64,000 nucleotides of DNA from a virus (Duplodnaviria; Heunggongvirae; Uroviricota; Caudoviricetes): IMG/VR virus record IMGVR_UViG_2541047117_000001, positions 88,841-152,840 of that record, one strand, 5' to 3'. The position numbers and the translations under genes were made by a program. Of the stretch, positions 26,892 through 35,212 are shown in pieces. The notes under the pieces were generated by a model. The model was given only the letters and a program-made list of their open reading frames with translations, made no database searches and was not told the origin of the DNA. Position 1 is the stretch's first letter. Each line of letters opens with the position of its first letter.

Positions 26892-27956
26892 TTAATTTTG
26901 CTCTGTTGCCTCAAAAGTCTGCATTAACTTTGTTTGCACATCACGACCGCTACTCATGATTAACTTAATTAATTCGTCCTTATCTAAACTCTCTAATGGT
27001 GATAAATCAACTTGCTCACCAATTTGTAGACATGGCATCTGAGATAAGTCTTTACTCTGTTCCATATAGAATTTAAGAGGCGTCAATTCAGAAGAGTGAT
27101 TACCTTGACGTTGAATCTCTTTGATGTCTCCGCCAGTAATAACATTTACCTCATACATTCCACACTTCTTAAAGCTATGGAACGTTAAGTTCTTATCGAC
27201 GATACCCAATTCCTTTTTAAGTTTATCCATCATTCTTGTTACAGCTCTAGCGTATAGATTTGCAGGGAATACTCTATCAGAATCAGACTGTTTCTTTAAC
27301 TCCATAAAACGCTCAAAAAGTTCATTTTTTATAGGTTTTTCGTCCCATTTTTGTCCTTTTCCTAGTACTTTTACGCATTTAACACCATTTTTCTCACCGA
27401 AGGAATCCCACGTCATTTCAAGCATAGAATCCAATCTGTAGCTTGTTACAACTGCTAATTCGATTAGTAGAGACTTCATTTCTCCATCCTTATGTCCTTT
27501 AACGGCATTGATGAATTGCTCTGCAACCTCCCAAGTGATAACTGAGTAGCTATCAGAGTCGAACTCAGTTAGATTATCAATGTCAAACCATGCACGTTTA
27601 ACAGGATAGTCATTAGACATTAGGTATTTATATAAACTTCTTACAGCATCAATCTTGCCGTTAATCGTTTTGTTCTTATACTTTCTTACTTTACCTTCAT
27701 CGTCCTTCATTACTTTAGTTAAAGCGATTTGATAGTTCTGTACTTCTTCGAATGTGAATACTAAATCAGTCATTACAAGTTCATCTAACTTCTTACCTCT
27801 TGTATCTTCAAAGAACTGACCAATAGACTTAGTGTATGTAGTCTTCGTGTTCGTACTCTTTAAGCCTTTACCTTCTAAGAATGTCTCGATTGAGTTAGTG
27901 ATACGTTCGTTCTCTGATTTAAGTCCTGTGTGTAATTCTAATACTGTTGCTGTCAT
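26892..27956 (-). CDS. Tyrosine recombinase/integrase family protein 1
   Basis: SYRLDS, GKGQK, FHSFKK, GNH, KFY catalytic positions. Confidence 0.85.
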   Translation of the reverse strand: MTATVLELHTGLKSENERITNSIETFLEGKGLKSTNTKTTYTKSIGQFFEDTRGKKLDELVMTDLVFTFEEVQNYQIALTKVMKDDEGKVRKYKNKTINGKIDAVRSLYKYLMSNDYPVKRAWFDIDNLTEFDSDSYSVITWEVAEQFINAVKGHKDGEMKSLLIELAVVTSYRLDSMLEMTWDSFGEKNGVKCVKVLGKGQKWDEKPIKNELFERFMELKKQSDSDRVFPANLYARAVTRMMDKLKKELGIVDKNLTFHSFKKCGMYEVNVITGGDIKEIQRQGNHSSELTPLKFYMEQSKDLSQMPCLQIGEQVDLSPLESLDKDELIKLIMSSGRDVQTKLMQTFEATEQN

Positions 27957-28178
27957 TTTTAAACATCTCCATTTTCCTAGTTATTATTCCGTTACACTTA
28001 CGTCTAAGTGTCATCGTTATGTCTGATAAGTTAATTATAGGACAAATGTAATACATTGTCAATGCGTTAAATGTATAAAATAACGAAAAATGAAAGAAGA
28101 TAACTTTTCTCCTATAATGTATTGACTTTGTACAGTTTGAATGATATATTTAACTTAACATTTTTAAACATCTTATGA

Positions 28179-28208
28179 GGGAAGTAGCCGACGGGTTGCT
28201 TCCCTTTC
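28179..28208 (+). terminator. Hairpin / terminator-like element
   Basis: GGGAAGTAGCC-GAC-GGGTTGCTTCCC followed by TTT. Confidence 0.45.
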
Positions 28209-28313
28209 CTATTTATATAGGTGTAATAAATAATGGATAAACCACACTTTGACAAGTGTGAAAAATAATGATAAAATAAGGTAGTATTATGGAATTTTGA
28301 AGGGAGAGGTTAG

Positions 28314-30542
28314 ATGGAAGAGGTGTTAGAGTTAGCCGTAACACCCGAAAAGAGATTGTATTACAATGAGGATTCATCATTTGGCATTTACTCATTCACA
28401 GTAGATTTTGAGGATATTCATAAGGTAAGACTAAACTCTTATGGGAACATTACAGCTAAGGGTTCAATGCCCGAATTAGAAATAGGAGCATCTTATACTG
28501 CACGACTAACAGAATACAAAGACCCTAAGTATGGATTTGGGTATCAGTTAGAGTCGATTAAGCAGGAGCTTCCTACTACAATAGAAGGGCAGATAGCTTT
28601 CTTAAAACAAGTTCTAACTGCATTGCAGGTAGAAAATATCTATAAAGCTTACCCTGACCAAGATGTAATCAAGCTAATCCAAGAGGATGAATTTGATTTC
28701 AACAAGGTTAAAGGCTTAGGCGAGAAGATGTATCAGAAGATTAAAAAGAAGATTGAAGACAATCTAGAGCTAGAAGAGTTATTTGTTTGGCTCAATAAAT
28801 ATGATATAAAGTTCAGCATGGTAGCAAAACTAGTTAAGGAGTTTGAGTCTCCTGCACTGTTAATTCAGAAGTTAGAAGAGAACCCATATATGTTAACTAG
28901 GGTTCAAGGTATTGGATTTACTAAAGCAGATGCCATAGCTAAACAAATGGGTATTCCCCTTGAAAGTCCACATCGTATCAAGGCGTGTATCGTCTACTGT
29001 ATCGGTGAAGAGAATGGAAAAGGTAATGCCTATATTAATAGGAAGATACTCATTCAAGAGGCACAGAAGCTACTCTCAATCAACAAATCAATCATCGAAG
29101 AATGCCTTATTTCTTTCTCAGAAGGAGATAAGAGTATTGTAATGATTATTGATGAACGTAGAGTAACGCTACGAAGAGTCTATGAAGCTGAACAATTTGT
29201 TGCAGAGTCATTAACCGCTCGACATTTTGAATCAAAGGCAATTGAAGGATTCGATGTAGATGCATTTTTAGATGGATATTGTAAAGAGCAAGATATTTCT
29301 CTTACAGATGAACAGAGAAGTTTCTTCCATAACTTTACGAAGTACAACATCAATTTCCTTATCGGATACGCAGGTTGTGGTAAATCATTCCTACAAACTA
29401 TCCTATTAGAAATGACTAAGAAGTTAGGGTTGAATGTTAAACTTCTTGCACCAACTGGGAAGGCAAGTAAAGTACTTTCAGCTTACACAGGTCGAGATGC
29501 TTTTACTATACATAGAGCATTAGGTGTACGTGACATGGGTGACGAACCATCTATGATTTCACATGATGTAATCATTGTAGATGAATCATCTATGTGTGAC
29601 ATCTTCCTTGTACAGCAGTTGCTAAAAGGTATTGATAACTCGAATGCACGCATCGTATTTATCGGTGATGACTTCCAGTTACCATCTGTACAAATCGGCA
29701 ACTTCCTATATGATTGCATCAATTCAGATGTATTCCCAGTGACGAAGCTGACAGTAGTATTCCGTCAAAAAGATGGCGGTATCTTAGATATTGCAACTAA
29801 GATACGTGAAGGTGAGAAGTTCTTATCTACTGGTCAGAGTGGTAAACTTCGATTTGGTAAGGATGCAATTGTCCATCTTGCTAAGCCAAACCACATGGCT
29901 GACGGGTATAAGTTCTATTATAAGAAGATGCTTGAGAGGTTCGATGCTGAGGAAATCATGGTTCTATCTCCACCGAGAAAAGGTGACTTAGGTGTATTTG
30001 AGATTAATAAGAACCTACAAGAGCTTGCTAATCCTCCGAGTAATAATAAGAAAGAACATACGGTCAATACTAAAATGGGTGAGGTCACGTACCGAGTAGG
30101 GGATTTCGTAATGAATATCGCCAATACATATGACCTTGAAATTTCAGAAGGTGTTACAGTTGATATCTTTAATGGAGATACAGGAAAGATTGCAGACATC
30201 AACAAGGAAGATAAAGTAGTAATCATCGACTTTGCTGACTGCTCAAACGTTCCAATCAGCTTCAATGATATCTCTAAGATTGTACATTCTTATTGTATGA
30301 CCATTCATAAATCGCAAGGAAGTGGTTCACCAGTTGTTATGGTAATAGCCGACAAGTCACACACGTACCAATTGAATGCCAACCTATTATATACAGGATT
30401 GACACGAGCTAAGAAGTATTTGATTGCACTCACACAGGTTGATGCTATGAACAGTGGAATCAGAAAAGTGGCTAGTACGAAACGTAAAAGCTTCTTAGGA
30501 GAGTTACTACAAGAATTAGGTACATTGGCAAAAACGGCTTAA
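28314..30542 (+). CDS. recD2: RecD2-like ATP-dependent SF1B helicase
   Basis: N-terminal OB plus HhH, GYAGCGKS Walker A, IVDESSM, GDDFQLPSV, TIHKSQGS, LLYTGLTRAK. Confidence 0.92.
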   Translation: MEEVLELAVTPEKRLYYNEDSSFGIYSFTVDFEDIHKVRLNSYGNITAKGSMPELEIGASYTARLTEYKDPKYGFGYQLESIKQELPTTIEGQIAFLKQVLTALQVENIYKAYPDQDVIKLIQEDEFDFNKVKGLGEKMYQKIKKKIEDNLELEELFVWLNKYDIKFSMVAKLVKEFESPALLIQKLEENPYMLTRVQGIGFTKADAIAKQMGIPLESPHRIKACIVYCIGEENGKGNAYINRKILIQEAQKLLSINKSIIEECLISFSEGDKSIVMIIDERRVTLRRVYEAEQFVAESLTARHFESKAIEGFDVDAFLDGYCKEQDISLTDEQRSFFHNFTKYNINFLIGYAGCGKSFLQTILLEMTKKLGLNVKLLAPTGKASKVLSAYTGRDAFTIHRALGVRDMGDEPSMISHDVIIVDESSMCDIFLVQQLLKGIDNSNARIVFIGDDFQLPSVQIGNFLYDCINSDVFPVTKLTVVFRQKDGGILDIATKIREGEKFLSTGQSGKLRFGKDAIVHLAKPNHMADGYKFYYKKMLERFDAEEIMVLSPPRKGDLGVFEINKNLQELANPPSNNKKEHTVNTKMGEVTYRVGDFVMNIANTYDLEISEGVTVDIFNGDTGKIADINKEDKVVIIDFADCSNVPISFNDISKIVHSYCMTIHKSQGSGSPVVMVIADKSHTYQLNANLLYTGLTRAKKYLIALTQVDAMNSGIRKVASTKRKSFLGELLQELGTLAKTA

Positions 30543-30682
30543 AACACTGTGAATCAAAGCTCGTTTGACAAGTGTAAAAAATAATGATAATATTAATTTA
30601 ACAAATGAAACGAATAATAAACATTAAGAGAGCGATATCATTTCGGTCTCTTTTTGTTATGGATTGAAGGGAGAGGGTTATC

Positions 30683-31234
30683 ATAGGTGCGGTAAGCATA
30701 GATATCCATGCAAGAGAGCGTAACTTTCAACAAGTAAACCTCTCTGATGAAAATGCAATTAGATGGTTAATAGAGTTTATGGATACGGTTAATCCGTATT
30801 TTGATGATGAGAAAGACGATAACTTCGATGTTGCAGGTAATTCACAACATCTAAATCAGGAGTTAGTTGCACTATATGCTTCATTAGAAACATTAATTAA
30901 GAAGTGTAACTTCAACGAACGTCAAATGATGCTAATCGACTTGGTATCAAGAGGCTACTCATTCGCTGACATTGGTAGGATGGAAACAGGTGTGGATGAG
31001 AGTAGCGCTAGAAAAATGTTAAATACAATCTACAAATCAATCGCAAAAGAGAATGAGTTAGAGTGGAAGAAGTACATTAACAATACTATTTTGAAAGCGG
31101 TTACAAAGAAGTGTCGAATGTGTGAAGAGGAGCTACCAGTTACAGAAAGTTTCTTCGCAAAAGACAAGAAGAGTAAAGACGGTTTTAAGCATGATTGTAA
31201 GAGGTGTAAAAAAGTGCGACAAAAAACTGCCTGA
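30683..31234 (+). CDS. Sigma-region-4/LuxR-like HTH protein with C-terminal Zn ribbon
   Basis: LVSRGYSFADIGRM...SARKML; CRMC...CKRC. Frame is open back to ATA 30683 behind GGAGAGG (track start is 30779). Confidence 0.7.
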   Translation: MGAVSIDIHARERNFQQVNLSDENAIRWLIEFMDTVNPYFDDEKDDNFDVAGNSQHLNQELVALYASLETLIKKCNFNERQMMLIDLVSRGYSFADIGRMETGVDESSARKMLNTIYKSIAKENELEWKKYINNTILKAVTKKCRMCEEELPVTESFFAKDKKSKDGFKHDCKRCKKVRQKTA

Positions 31235-31260
31235 AACATACCTACAAAATGACATAATAA

Positions 31261-31617
31261 ATGAGAGGGTTAAATAAAATGAAGATTTTATCACCAATTG
31301 GAGAAACTATCGAACTTAAAACTTCCATTACTTTAGAGGAGAAGATGATGAAAGTTAACGAGTTGATTGGAAAGTATGAAACTGAAATCAACAAAAACTG
31401 GAATAGTAATCCTGTTAAGTACTTCTTAGACAGCCTATCCAATTACATTGTATGGCACAAAGAAGAGGATATGAAGAATAAGGAAGATAAAGAAGTTATG
31501 TCTCACAACAAAGTGAGAAAGTTACATAAGTTTGATGATAAAAACATCAACTTCTCAACTCTATCTGAATCTGATAAATCAGCAATCGGTTTAGAGAGTG
31601 ACAAGTTTGATTCTTAA
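31261..31617 (+). CDS. Conserved hypothetical phage protein
   Basis: ORF track. Confidence 0.75.
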   Translation: MRGLNKMKILSPIGETIELKTSITLEEKMMKVNELIGKYETEINKNWNSNPVKYFLDSLSNYIVWHKEEDMKNKEDKEVMSHNKVRKLHKFDDKNINFSTLSESDKSAIGLESDKFDS

Positions 31618-31689
31618 TTTGTCGCAAGTGCAATAAATAATGAATTTTAATAACTACAAAATACTAAATTTTAATGAGAAAAAGGAGAA

Positions 31690-31989
31690 ATGAAAAAAAT
31701 GAATACACAATTATTATCTAAAGAGGTACAAGGAACTTTACGTGAGGAAATGGGTCTTAAATTAAATCAAACTGACGCTCGTCGTGTAGTAGATGCAGTA
31801 ACAGGTGCTATCGTTGAAGGTATGAAAGAACACGGTGCAGTTAAAGTTGCAGGTTTAGGAACGTTCACACGTCAATTCAAAGAAGCAGGTACAGCACGTA
31901 ACCCGAAAACTGGTGAAGAAGTACAAGTTGCTGAAAAGCACGTACCTAAGTTCAAGGCTTCTCAAGCTTTAAAAGATTCAGTACGTTAA
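31690..31989 (+). CDS. hup: HU-family histone-like DNA-binding protein
   Basis: VKVAGLGTF...ARNPKTGEEVQV...PKFKASQALKDSV. Confidence 0.95.
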   Translation: MKKMNTQLLSKEVQGTLREEMGLKLNQTDARRVVDAVTGAIVEGMKEHGAVKVAGLGTFTRQFKEAGTARNPKTGEEVQVAEKHVPKFKASQALKDSVR

Positions 31990-32022
31990 TTCACAATTAA
32001 ATCTCATAGAGATTACAAGTTA

Positions 32023-32059
32023 ACGAGGTAGTAGAGATAACTCTATTATCTCGTTTTTT
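32023..32059 (+). terminator. Intrinsic terminator after HU
   Basis: ACGAGGTAGTAGAG/CTCTATTATCTCGT plus T-run. Confidence 0.75.
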
Positions 32060-32132
32060 GCACCTATAGCTCCAATGGTAGAGCAGAGAGCTGTTAACTC
32101 TTTGGTTGGTGGTTCGAGTCCATCTAGGTGCG
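32060..32132 (+). tRNA. trnN: tRNA-Asn(GTT)
   Basis: Cloverleaf; GAGAG-CTGTTAA-CTCTT. Confidence 0.93.
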
Positions 32133-32174
32133 TCATTGTTTTTAAAGAGAAAAGAGAAAAAGGGGATAGGGATT

Positions 32175-32417
32175 ATGTTTAATAAAGATGTACACGGTAA
32201 AAGAATCAGAAAAGCTCAAGCTAAAACGCAATCCGCTCAAGAGGTATTTGTAAAAGCGATTGAAGATATTGATGCGTCTGATGAGCATTTAGATGAAGTA
32301 ATCAAAGAAGCTCAAGCTGAAATTACTAATCTACAATCCTTTGTAGAAGATGCAAAAACAAGTAAAGCTGAGAATGATGTTTTAAGAAAGAATATTCAAG
32401 GCTTAGTTAGTATTTAA
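32175..32417 (+). CDS. Small coiled-coil protein inside the tRNA island
   Basis: Start moved to MFNKD after AGGGA. Confidence 0.75.
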   Translation: MFNKDVHGKRIRKAQAKTQSAQEVFVKAIEDIDASDEHLDEVIKEAQAEITNLQSFVEDAKTSKAENDVLRKNIQGLVSI

Positions 32418-32446
32418 TATTTCGCATCCTTAGTGGATGCTTTTAT

Positions 32447-32521
32447 GGTGTATTAGTGTAGCGGTTAACACGCTAGCCTGTCACGCTAGTAGCACGGGTT
32501 CGATTCCCGTATACACCGCCA
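32447..32521 (+). tRNA. trnD: tRNA-Asp(GTC)
   Basis: Cloverleaf, encoded CCA. Confidence 0.95.
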
Positions 32522-32524
32522 TTA

Positions 32525-32600
32525 TTTCCGAGTAGACGAACTGGTAAAGTCACTAGTCTTTGAAGCTAGAGTTTGGAGGTTCGAAGCCTTCCTTGGAAAT
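32525..32600 (+). tRNA. trnQ: tRNA-Gln(TTG)
   Basis: CTAGT-CTTTGAA-GCTAG. Confidence 0.85.
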
Positions 32601-32610
32601 CGACCAAAGT

Positions 32611-32687
32611 CCATGCTTTGGAAACTAGATATTAGTTTAGTTTAGTTTAGTTTAGTCTAGTATTAGTATCTAGTTTCCAGTGTGTGG
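32611..32687 (+). promoter_or_regulatory. UAG-repeat hairpin overlapping the 5' end of tRNA-His
   Basis: 13-bp perfect arms at 32619-32631 and 32667-32679; (TTTAG)4 interior; 9 TAG triplets. Confidence 0.7.
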
Positions 32688-32748
32688 CGTAATGGTAACG
32701 CAGTGGACTGTGAATCCATGAATGAGAGTTCGATTCTCTCCATGCTGA
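32678..32748 (+). tRNA. trnH: tRNA-His(GTG), non-canonical identity (C-1, A73)
   Basis: GTGGA-CTGTGAA-TCCAT; acceptor stem CAGTGTG/CATGCTG. Confidence 0.85.
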
Positions 32749-32749
32749 T

Positions 32750-32878
32750 TGTTGGTGAGCAACATAAAAACTCAATACACATTCTAGACGTAGGAGCTAG
32801 ACGTTGACAAGCAACATAAAAACTTGAATGATGTGGACGCAGGGGAGTAGCGCCACGTAAAAAACATAACAGCTCCTT
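32750..32878 (+). ncRNA. Three tandem H-type pseudoknots (PK1-3)
   Basis: Manual pairing; compensatory stem-2 change between PK1 and PK2. Confidence 0.65.
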
Positions 32879-32881
32879 TAA

Positions 32882-32955
32882 GCCGACTTAGCTCAGCAGG
32901 TTAGAGCGGTTGCCTTGTAAGCAACAGGTCGTGGGTTCGATTCCTACAGTCGGCA
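32882..32955 (+). tRNA. trnT: tRNA-Thr(TGT)
   Basis: GTTGC-CTTGTAA-GCAAC. Confidence 0.95.
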
Positions 32956-32957
32956 TT

Positions 32958-33044
32958 GACGTTTTTACCGAGTCCACGTCGTTAATCTACGATTCGGTAC
33001 GCAAAGCGGTAGGTTCTGCTTGACCTATGATATCAAAACAAGCA
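32958..33044 (+). ncRNA. Two tandem H-type pseudoknots (PK4-5)
   Basis: GACGT/ACGTC + TACCGAGT/ATTCGGTA; GTAGGT/ACCTAT + TGCTTG/CAAGCA. Confidence 0.7.
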
Positions 33045-33052
33045 TCCATTAT

Positions 33053-33202
<150 letters not shown>

Positions 33203-33210
33203 TCATTTAT

Positions 33211-33284
33211 GAGGAGATGGTGAAGAGGCTTAACACGGTAGGTTGCAACCCTATTATTCGTGGGTTCAAATCCCACTCTTCTCT
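33211..33284 (+). tRNA. trnC: tRNA-Cys(GCA)
   Basis: GTAGG-TTGCAAC-CCTAT; U73. Confidence 0.92.
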
Positions 33285-33298
33285 TAGTTTTGTAGCAT

Positions 33299-33370
33299 GT
33301 GGTATTGGTCTAATGGCTATGATTTCTGACTTCCAATCAGAAGATGAGAGTTCGATTCTCTCATACCACA
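33299..33370 (+). tRNA. trnG: tRNA-Gly(TCC)
   Basis: TCTGA-CTTCCAA-TCAGA. Confidence 0.9.
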
Positions 33371-33379
33371 TCATTTTTT

Positions 33380-33453
33380 ACCCCTATCGCCAAGTGGATT
33401 AAGGCAACGGGCTTCTATCCCGTTATTCGGGAGTTCGAATCTCTCTAGGGGTG
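33380..33453 (+). tRNA. trnR: tRNA-Arg(TCT)
   Basis: ACGGG-CTTCTAT-CCCGT. Confidence 0.92.
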
Positions 33454-33578
33454 TTAGAACTTAATCAGTTTCTTTCTAATGGAAGGCATGGGTCATGCCC
33501 TAATCCAAATATTCCATGTGAAAGTTTTATCTTCGAAAGGCGTTCGAATAAAAAACCAAATGAACCTTTAAGCAATAT

Positions 33579-33663
33579 GGCAGGGTAGTCTAGTGGCAAT
33601 GACAGGAGACTGTAAATCTCCCCTCAATCGAGTTCGTAGGTTCGAGTCCTACCCCTGCCACCA
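33579..33663 (+). tRNA. trnY: tRNA-Tyr(GTA)
   Basis: Long variable arm, CCA. Confidence 0.95.
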
Positions 33664-33666
33664 TAT

Positions 33667-33737
33667 GGAGTTTTAGTTTAACTGGCAAAACACTTGGCGT
33701 AGTCAAGGCGTAATCGGTTCGAGTCCGATAAACTCCT
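33667..33737 (+). pseudogene. Aberrant tRNA with a 5-nt anticodon loop (CGTAG)
   Basis: Intact acceptor, D and T arms; stem CTTGG/TCAAG closes only 5 nt. Confidence 0.7.
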
Positions 33738-33750
33738 CCCTCCCTTCAAT

Positions 33751-33822
33751 GCATCCTTAGTTTAAAGTGAAAACGGACTGCTTAAAAGCCGTTGTATGTG
33801 GGTTCGAACCCCACAGGGTGCA
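33751..33822 (+). pseudogene. Aberrant tRNA with an irregular anticodon arm
   Basis: GCATCCT/AGGGTGC acceptor, TTCGAAC T-loop, no canonical 5-bp/7-nt anticodon arm. Confidence 0.65.
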
Positions 33823-33827
33823 TCTTT

Positions 33828-34640
33828 ACTTCGAGGTTTGGCTCTGATAGCGTAACGTGAGTTGCGTAAAGGCAATGTGACAAGTTGCCACCGTGTAAAC
33901 GGTCAATCCAAGCACAATCGACACTCCTAAGTCATCATTATGATGGTGATAGTTTCATGAAATTACGGAGAAAACGCTACGAGGTCAACGATGTAGTAGC
34001 AGTATTGGTTAGCACCAATACACTCCACGCTAAGGTAATGAAGAAGCGAGAGTGAATCGAGAGATTGTACAGTCCGAGTTTAACAAGCAAGGGCGACAAT
34101 CAGTAATGAAAGAGAAATGGTCGAAAGCCAAAGTAACTTTGATTACGGTTTGAGTAGCTAGTTGGCGAAAGAACATGAAGGCGTGTGGTATTTTGTAATC
34201 CAAAAGATTACGAAGCCACTGAGACAGCACGTCTTCTGTCACACAGACTAATAAGATGTTAGATATGGTAATCCAAAGAGATGATTAAAATATGACTAAT
34301 TAAAATTCATACATACAAGCGAAAGCCTGTCTCCTTACATTACGAAGGCAACCTAAATCCCCACAAGAAGTTGAATGGGGAGCATGATGAGTTCGCAAAA
34401 CTCTGATTGTTTGATAGTGAATTGCATGGTTCTCTTAGCAGAGATTAATAGCGTGGCAACGTTGACAGAATCGGAACTATTGAGTAGTAGTGTAACAGGT
34501 CGCAGAATGCACAGCGACTAATTAAAACGTGCGGTTGTGAGTGATACGTAGTTGCTCCAAAAGAGGATTACGTGGATAAGAGAGGAAGATATAATCTTTC
34601 TAAAGGCACTCAATGCGAGGTTTAATCTCAGCCTACGCAA
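33828..34640 (+). ncRNA. GOLLD-like giant structured RNA (about 810 nt)
   Basis: No credible ORF, dense GNRA-capped stems, lies in a tRNA cluster. Motifs GAGTAGC...GAAAGAACATGA...TGTGGTATTTTG...CAAAAG...CCACTG and 3' TAATCTCAGCCTA match GOLLD as I recall it. Boundaries approximate. Confidence 0.7.
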
Positions 34641-34676
34641 GACCAGTTCTGTTTTTACGGGATTGGATTTTATCTT

Positions 34677-34765
34677 GGAGAGGTACTCAAGTGGCTCAAG
34701 AGGCTTCCCTGCTAAGGAAGTAGGACGCATTGTGCGTTGCGTGGGTTCGAATCCCACCCTCTCCA
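34677..34765 (+). tRNA. trnS: tRNA-Ser(GCT)
   Basis: CTTCC-CTGCTAA-GGAAG, long variable arm. Confidence 0.93.
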
Positions 34766-34769
34766 TTAA

Positions 34770-35125
34770 AGGTGGACTAAGCCTACAAATTAGTCAGGTG
34801 CAAAGGCAACTGCATCATTCCCGAATGGGGGACGATTAAAAATACCATTATCTATCCCGATAAGAGATTGTCTTATCTGATTGCTATCATCGCAGTCACC
34901 GTTGAAGATATCACAACGGTAGACATTGGAAAGTCGCTCTGTTTCTCATATTGAAGGCAAGTGTGGGAGCGATAGAGTTCGTTGACGATGGTTTATGCGA
35001 ACATTATAGACAACTAAATATGAAAAAGTGCAACCTCACATGAGTTTCTTGCACTTCTTATGTGAGTTTTTTCAAATGTATGTAGGTTTCTACCCTAAGC
35101 GTTCCTACTAAATATAAACGGTAAG
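34770..35125 (+). ncRNA. Candidate structured non-coding RNA(s)
   Basis: About 10 consecutive hairpins or pseudoknot-like pairings; no ORF. Confidence 0.45.
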
Positions 35126-35132
35126 GTGACAT

Positions 35133-35207
35133 GCGCCTTTAGTGTAATTGGCAACACAGAAGTCTCCAAAACTTCTATTCTAGGTTCGAGTCCTAGAGGG
35201 CGTGCCA
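35133..35207 (+). tRNA. trnW: tRNA-Trp(CCA)
   Basis: GAAGT-CTCCAAA-ACTTC, encoded CCA. Confidence 0.95.
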
Positions 35208-35212
35208 AATAT

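Noticed and set aside
28159-28176. Minus-strand copy of the start signature between the recombinase and recD2
   Set aside because: It opens only ATG-TTA-AGT-TAA; probably vestigial
32750-33044. Multiple pseudoknots suggesting tmRNA, or pistol/twister ribozymes
   Set aside because: No tRNA-Ala-like ends or tag ORF, a genuine tRNA-Thr interrupts the series, and the conserved pistol/twister core nucleotides are not in the right order
33217-34839. ORFs 33217..33402, 34030..34242, 34518..34766 and 34552..34839
   Set aside because: They overlap tRNAs and the GOLLD-like RNA; spurious
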